A stretch of DNA of 63,526 bases, counting the filler, from Streblomastix strix (taxonomy: Eukaryota): NCBI GenBank assembly GCA_008636045.1. It is 4 parts of 4 records of this genome, joined end to end, with 100 filler letters (N's around TTAATTAATTAA, not from the genome) between each part and the next. Parts side by side here need not be neighbours in the genome. Positions count along the whole stretch, not along the records: positions 47,725 to 63,526 come from SNRW01000934.1; 3 more parts are not named here. One strand, 5' to 3'. This document shows positions 56,101 to 63,526 of this stretch, piece by piece. Position numbers and translations under genes: made by a program. The stretch's first letter is position 1, and every line of letters begins with the position of its first letter. Below the pieces are notes generated by a model. It did no database searches. It was given only the letters and a program-made list of their open reading frames with translations, and was not told the origin of the DNA.

Positions 56101-57464
56101 ATTAAGCTGTTGTTGACACGCACTGGGCACTTTCGCCAATGATGGAATTCAACTATGGGTTGCAGCATCATTATGTCCAAATATATAATAAAGGACAAAC
56201 AAAAACAAAGATGCTTTTATTGTGGAATTCAGTTGGTATTACATCGGGAAAGAGATCTTGGCAGGATGATTCTGGAAGATCACTCATTCAATCACTCACA
56301 TAAGCATTTGAAGATCAAAACACTGCTGATGCATTCTTCCAGATAGCGAGATTCATCCTTGGAACTCAAATAGATCTGATTCTAACTCCTAAAAATGAAA
56401 AATAAAAATATGGAGATAAATTGGAGATAAATTGTGTATTTGAAAATGGAGTTGAAGGAGGCGTTCATTTCTCTGAGGTTGAAAACGGATTAAAAGATCC
56501 TAAAGCGAATATTGGAATGGGAGGTCTGATGAAACTGAATTTGTACAATGATTCTTGGATATAGAAAGGAATCGCATAAAGATAATATACTTTAGAAACA
56601 GAATACAAATAAGGGAAGAATTTTGTCCCTGTAAAGAAACGTGCTTTGAGAATTGTACCTTTTACTTCACAGAAGTATTTTGGGAGACGAGATCCATTCA
56701 CTCTTGAATCAACAGGACCTGAAGGATACATTTCCTAATTCATTCAAAGAAAAGGACCCTGGGAATACACTAGTTATGAAATCAGTTGGACTGATAAGCT
56801 TCAATCTAGAATATAGACAAGGTAGGATGAAGGATTGCCTATGAAACTGTTCTATATAATAAAAGCTGAAAAAGCGACTGAATTGTATATCCAATTTATT
56901 ATGCTGCATTGCTCAGATTCAAGATATTGCCCAAAAGCTGAATTCTAAGTAGTGAAACTTGTTGGACCATAACTTGCGAATGAAGCAGCGATTGCAACTC
57001 GACTGATTGGAGCTGCTGATCGTAAATAATGGGAAAGAGATGTATATATAATATAATAATAATTATTATTAATAATAAAAGAATGATCTTATCTTTTTAT
57101 TATAATGTATATTTATTTAATCTATTTATAAAGGACAAAGTTCTATTTACACAAGACAAGTCTTTATCTGAAGAGATCATTTATTCTGAGTTATTTCCAC
57201 AATCTGGTGGATATGTATGAATAAATAAAAATATATTCACCAATTGAAATATTATTTAATTTATCCATTAATCTCAATTTCTCTTATATATTTGAACAGG
57301 AAAGAGACGGATGGATTCTCACACACTCTGGTTCTGGTAGATTGGATGACAGCAATGCATATTATGGTTTATGTGTAAGTGCGCTTCAGTTTGTAGATGA
57401 GCCTATCATTATTTCTGCTTTTGCTTGGTCGAATGCAGAAATTTAGTTGTACAGAGTTAAGTGA
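53160..57464 (+). CDS. Calpain-family cysteine protease (calpain-7/PalB-like) with low-complexity/coiled-coil N-terminus, one internal TGA
   Basis: Catalytic QGQVGDCSLIS (Q = TAA 54726-54728), NHGYAV, RIRNPHG; also WISLIEKGY, GTFWM, SWNP; two introns near the 3' end; in-frame TGA 54189-54191. Confidence 0.88.
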
Positions 57465-57747
57465 ATTTTGCACTTACTCACGTAAATGTGTTTATATACT
57501 GTTAAATAATTTAATAGGTTGATTACATTTTAACGTTTTCAGTTTAATATTTATTAATTAAACAATAAAATTATCAATAATAAACTTTTATATTCAAATT
57601 TTTTATAAAAATCCAATTTATTATTTAATTTTTTTATATATGATGAATATTCTTCAGAATTTTCACTAGATTGAAGTGTAAAATAATGAAATAATCTAAT
57701 CTTAATATTATTTCATTAGCCATTAATTAACATTACATTATTTATCT

Positions 57748-60741
57748 TCATTAATTTGCTTTATAATCTGATATAAATTTATAGGAATGATATATAAATT
57801 AAACAAAAATGATATTTTAGAAAATTATAATAAATAATTAATAATTATATAAAAATAATCTAAAATTATACTTACCTGCATTGCGAGAAATAAATTTCAA
57901 TACACTTTATACTTTATTTCTCATTTTATCATTGGAGATATTGATACTTTAAATACGCTTAATAGCATCCTTTCTCATCTACAGATCTATTTCAGGCTAT
58001 GATAAAAAATATTCAATGCACAAAGATAAAACATCTCTTAACTATTCATTTTTACTCTTATTATATAAATGGACAATCTTTTCAATTCCTCCATTTTCTC
58101 GTATTTCTTATGTATATGGGTGTTATTCAGTAAAAGGCGCAAAATTTGCTCTTGAAATTAGAATTTCCAGAATGGAATTAATAGCATACCATACAATATT
58201 ATCATTTTTATGATCAAGTAGAAGTATTAACATAGAGAAAGGCCTTCGTTGATATACTAATAGTTTAATTAAGTCATTTGATGGTGCTAATATATTGTAG
58301 AATGCTTCAATATATGGTAATGTTATTTAATTTAGCCATCTGCTAGAAATTATATTAATCAGTGCTTCTATAATCCCAGATGAGATAATGAGATATCGTA
58401 GTTAATCATCTTCTCGATCTTATAAAACTTATGTGAGATATTGACATTATTATTCTTATTTTAATAGAATTTGCTATTATTTGTTATGTGATCCTACCAA
58501 TGGTTATTATAAATATTATTTGATTGCTTGCACTTGAAAATTGCTTAAGATGCCTAACAAATATAATTAAATAATATATTAAATGAATTAAATTGAGATA
58601 AATATCATTATTACATAATTTCAAATTTATAACTTTTATATAATATATTCATACTATCATTTATTTATATAAAGCATAATGCAAATCTATATGCTTCTTT
58701 AAAAAATGAAGATGAGTCATTGTGTAGGCATGAAAGATGAATTATAATCTCTTTTCTCATTTGAGCAGGTTATATTTCGCGTGATCTAAAGAGATAGCAA
58801 ATGCATAATGCAGCAAAAGTCTTTGATTAATGACTCTTATTCTATTTGAATAACTCAAATATCTTCTCAATTCCATTGCATTGTTACATGGCTTCAAAGT
58901 GTGGTGAAGATTGGATGTCAGATGAAGTATTAATTCCTGATACAATAATATCATGGATAATTTTTATTGCATCGTGTACATAATTGATGTCAGAATGTTC
59001 CAATAAACGCAGAAGACTTGGAAATGCATTTCTTGTTGATATTAACAATCTCTTTTAATAACTTTCCTTATTTAAGCATGAAAACAAATAAACATCAGCA
59101 TGCGTAATTTAGTCAAGGTTTCTTGTGGATAATATATTAAGAAGCCCATTAATTACTCCTGATTAAATTATATGGAGGCAAATTTCAATGTTATTGCTGT
59201 TTTATACTAATTGGAGCAGACGAATGATGCTATCTTCTTATTTTCTTATTATTTATTTTTATTCATTTTCGGTTCCTATAACAATTTATTAAAATTCTTT
59301 GGCAATTATCTTTAAATCTATTTATTATTCTTGATATTAATAAATTTCTTATTGAGGATTTATTTCAATATATTATATTGTATTTTCTTCATTCATTTTT
59401 AATTATTAATATTCTTTTACTACATCATTCTCAATTTCCTATTATTGTTTCATTAATTCAGTATCAAGAAGTTCAGCAATTGTTGGGCGTTTTGATGCAT
59501 CCTAATATAATAATAAATATTTCCAAAAATTAATTAATAATTAATAATTAAATTATTAATTATTTGATATAATTTAATAATATAAGTATAATACATACTG
59601 GATCTATCATTCTTAATATCATCAATTTAAGATCATTTTAGACAAAATCAGGAAACACAATTTAATTTATATTTCTGTCTGTTGAACTTTTAAATGGATA
59701 TTTACCAGTTAATATTTCAAGTCCAATTACACCAACAACCCATATGTCGCCAGAATATGACACTCTATATATTGATTAAAGAAAGAGATTAAATTAAAAA
59801 TTATGGAAACAATATTCATTTCAATAATAATATTTTCGCTATTAATTTTGAAAATAATAATATTTTACTTTTTGAGCGTGTGAGCTTCATAAGGCTAATA
59901 CTTTCTATGAATAAATAATAATTGAATATATACAAAATATATGAAAATTAAAAGAAAAACAGAACAATATTAAAAAAAATATATAAAATAATAAAATAAT
60001 TCATCTTGCACACATTGTTCCTGCTGCATTGACTTCTACAATATCACAGACTTATTCTGCCAGCCCAAAGTCTCCTAATTCAAATCAACGTATAGTAATA
60101 AATGTTTAATAATATATAATATATATTGATACACAAACCTATTTTACAGTTTCCATCTTTATCCACAAAAACATTCCCGGGTTTAAGATCTCTATGAATT
60201 ATTCCAAGAAAGTGTATATGTTTCAGACCAACCAAAAGTTAATACATAACTTTAAAGCATATCTGTTTGGAGTATTCAATTAAATTATATTCAAACAATT
60301 ATATATAATCAATTAATATCAATATCATACATTCAATCTTTCAGCAATTGGTTTCTTCTTCATCGATTTTATTAGTTTACATAAATCACCACATTCATAA
60401 TATTCTTATAATATAAACATTGAATTTTAATATGTGAATGAATCTATATATTTAGCTGTGTATTATGACTCAACTAATTTCATAATGAATATCTCTTAAT
60501 CAACCATCTATTATTGTTATGAATTACTATAATCTACTTGTTTCAATATCATATTTTTATCAGGTTACGTATCCAATTGTACAATGTATATTTCTCCGTA
60601 TGCTCCTCCATGAAGTTGGTCAATGATGTTGTCTGTTTATTAATCATAAAAAAATATTATATACTTAGTAAAATTATATAATAAAAGAATTTACATACAA
60701 TCTTCTAAACTGTGCTTTGATTGCAATTAATATCTTGACAT
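57748..60741 (-). CDS. NEK-like Ser/Thr kinase with C-terminal ARM-like repeats, multi-exon (3' end approximate)
   Basis: [46 protein letters not shown]; two ~200-aa helical repeats. Confidence 0.9.
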
Positions 60742-61804
60742 CTATGTATTATTTTTTCAAGAAAATGAAAAAGATAAATAAATAAAATATTTTAAAAATA
60801 ATAAGAAATACATTGATATGATTAGTTAAATACATTTAAATATATGAAACATTGCAAAATATAGCAAAAAAATGAAAATTTGATAATAATTTTTTCAAAT
60901 TGTAATTTCATGTCCATTATATTGAGATATGCAAAATTTTGAATATAATTTGTATAAAAATAGTTGTATCTTAGAAAATATAAGACGGATTCAAACGATC
61001 TAAAGTCAGATAAAACCAACCAATTAATACAACAATTTATGGGGAATTCTGGTTTGCTTCCGTATTGTGCACAATTATTATAAATTTGAATATTAAAATA
61101 CATGCAATATTTAAATAACTAATATTTTCTAAAAGATTAGTTAGAAAAATGGAAATTTGATAATTTCATTTTATTAATTCTTTAAATATAATTTATTATA
61201 AAATTTATTTAAAAATATATATTTTTTATTTTATTATAGCATTCCACCATTTTGATGAATATTCACCTTGTACATAAAGTGAAAAAAGCGCAAATATTAA
61301 AAAGCAACTATTTCTCATCAGATTTTATATTAAAAACTAAATAAAATACCGTAGACGACTTTAAAAGTAATCGGAGAACATAATACGTAATAAAGGTGAA
61401 ATTTACGATTATTTTTTGCAATTTAGCAAGAAGGCAGCTAATTTCTATTCAATTCATTTCTTTATAAATTAGTTATATATATTAGCCACAAATACACCAC
61501 TTTGAATAAAAAAATTTTGATATTGTCCAATTTTTATCCAAAATATTGCAATTTTGTATTTTTTATTTATTTATACAAATTTAATAACGTACACACTTAT
61601 AATCTCTATGAAGCCACTTTTTTCTGCATATTAATAAACGTGAATATTATATTGCTCTACCTATTATTCGTATTTCAAAATTTTCAAATATTAGCGAAGT
61701 TTGCTTTCTATTAAAATTTTCTTATAATACAATAATTTAACATTAATTTGCCTAATTTCTCATATATATATTAAATTTGAATTATATTTTTTATTAAGCT
61801 TAGG

Positions 61805-63515
61805 ATGAATAAGTCTAATAAGTAAAAATAAGCAACTGATAACATCGGATGGGTTGAATAATAAGATCAACAAGGAGATATATTAATACTGTCAGAAAAT
61901 TCATAAGGTAACTTTATATATTTTTTTTAAATTTAACATATTTATTTATAATTTAATACTTTTTATCATAATTTCAGCGCAAATTCAACCTATTTTCCAT
62001 TTGAATGATTAGATAAATTAAATATGTATCACTATTGAATCAGAATAATTAACAGAAGGAGAGAAAGAAATAAGGATTGAAGAAATATTTGAATAATTGA
62101 AGAAGAAAAAAGAAGAACAATTGAAAGAAATATTTGACTTAGATTCATTGAATTTCATTAAATATAATATAAAAGGCAGAATAACAAGAATTGAAACTAT
62201 TCTTTTAGATATAATTGAATTTATTGCCAAAAGGGGATTAAATAATTATGAGAATACTTTCTTTAAAGCGTTTCAAAGTTCTGGTCTCATAGACCAAATA
62301 TATATTCTTATTGCAAAGAAAGTTGAAATGAAAGAATAATCAAAAGATGAAAAATCAAATCCAGAAAGTATAGAATAATTATTAAGTATTTATTTAATGA
62401 TAATGTATTGAAAATAAATTGATAAAGAAATAATATGTAATTGCATAAGTATATTAGATAAGAATTTATCCTATATTTTGAATATTCTTAAAAACATTGG
62501 CAAAGATAAGGATAAATAAAACAATAATATATTATAGAATGAACAATTTGAAAAAGACTTAATAAGAACATCATCAACAATTCATGCACTTGTATCATTT
62601 AAAAATGTTAATTATAATTCATTTTTGGATCAAATAGTATAGTTAATTAAAGAGAGAATTTCTCCATTAATTCATATTAATTGTGTTGATGAACTTTCTT
62701 GTCCATTTCGCATTACTATTCCAAATTCGGAATTTATTCAATAATTTCAAAATGAATTATTCAATTCAACTGCAATTGTTTCTTTAGGAAATTAAGATTT
62801 AAGAGATTATTTAATCAAATCTCATAATATTCTTCTTCACCTTTCTCTTCCTGTAATCTCTTTTACCAAATAATATCTTAATCAAAATGCAATTAAAAAT
62901 GAATAAGATTCTAATTCTATATTTTCTCCTTAATCAGTTTCATCATCTATCAAATTTCTTTATTCTTTCTTTTAATCATCAAATTTCAATTCAATCTCAG
63001 ATATTCCAAACCTTTTACCTTCTATTATTGTACTTAATAATTACAATCTCAAATCGGACATCAATTTGGAAGAGGAAATATGTACGTTTGAGATAATAAA
63101 ACATAGTCGATGGTTCCGGAGCTAGATTATTTATGTTAATAAAGAAACAATACCAATATAATTACCTAATTTAAAATATATAGGTTCATTAGCATAATCA
63201 CTAAATAATGCATTAAAATTTAAAGAGAACTATGATGATGAAATATTTTTTACCTTAGAACACTTCTGCAATTTCTTCTCTATTCTCAAAAATGGATATT
63301 ACTATGATCAAAGACATGCATTTCCACACCAACCTGACCTCATTAATTAGTCCACTGAACAATTCGAAGAAGAAGGTGGTATAGAAGAAATAGAAATTCA
63401 ATTTGTTAATAAAGGATTTGGTGGGAACGTCAAACTTCATGCCAAATGTGCAAAATATCGCATTTTTAATTTCTTTATTGATTAGAATAGTCAAAGACCA
63501 AATTGGCGGTGGTGA
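61805..63515 (+). CDS. ARM/helical-repeat-like family protein (paralog of 12483-14747), one intron, one internal TGA
   Basis: PLIHINC...CPFRI and EQFEEEGGIEEIE motifs; intron ~61908-61977; in-frame TGA 62409-62411; terminal TGA 63513-63515. Confidence 0.72.
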
Positions 63516-63526
63516 TTTACATTCAT

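Overview
AT-rich eukaryotic (protist) DNA that uses a non-standard code (TAA/TAG = Gln, TGA = stop), so the supplied standard-code ORF track is mostly fragments; short AT-rich GT-AG introns are common. The code and gene families suggest an oxymonad such as Streblomastix (inference only). The window is four near-equal-length contigs (1-15819, 15920-31722, 31823-47624, 47725-63526) joined by artificial N-TTAATTAATTAA-N linkers, so adjacency across linkers means nothing. Bases 1-11031 are a decaying, intronless, virus-like element: HNH endonuclease, AEP primase-SF3 helicase flanked by direct and inverted CTGCACGGGG repeat blocks, Fic-domain protein, fibre-like protein, and a protein with a dockerin-like loop. 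The rest is host genes: PP2C, UBE2W, serpin, two NEK-like kinase/ARM proteins, SPRY-like protein, cyclin, USP, ER DnaJ, EXPERA-HMG fusion, calpain, and ARM-like and low-complexity proteins. Top leads: (1) a 1050-bp TIR transposon inside a cyclin gene whose inverted repeats carry a splice donor and acceptor that would remove it leaving exactly 24 nt in frame (introner-like); (2) the viral replication module with iteron-like repeats; (3) five isolated in-frame TGA codons in four otherwise open host genes. All translations were done by eye; no searches were run.
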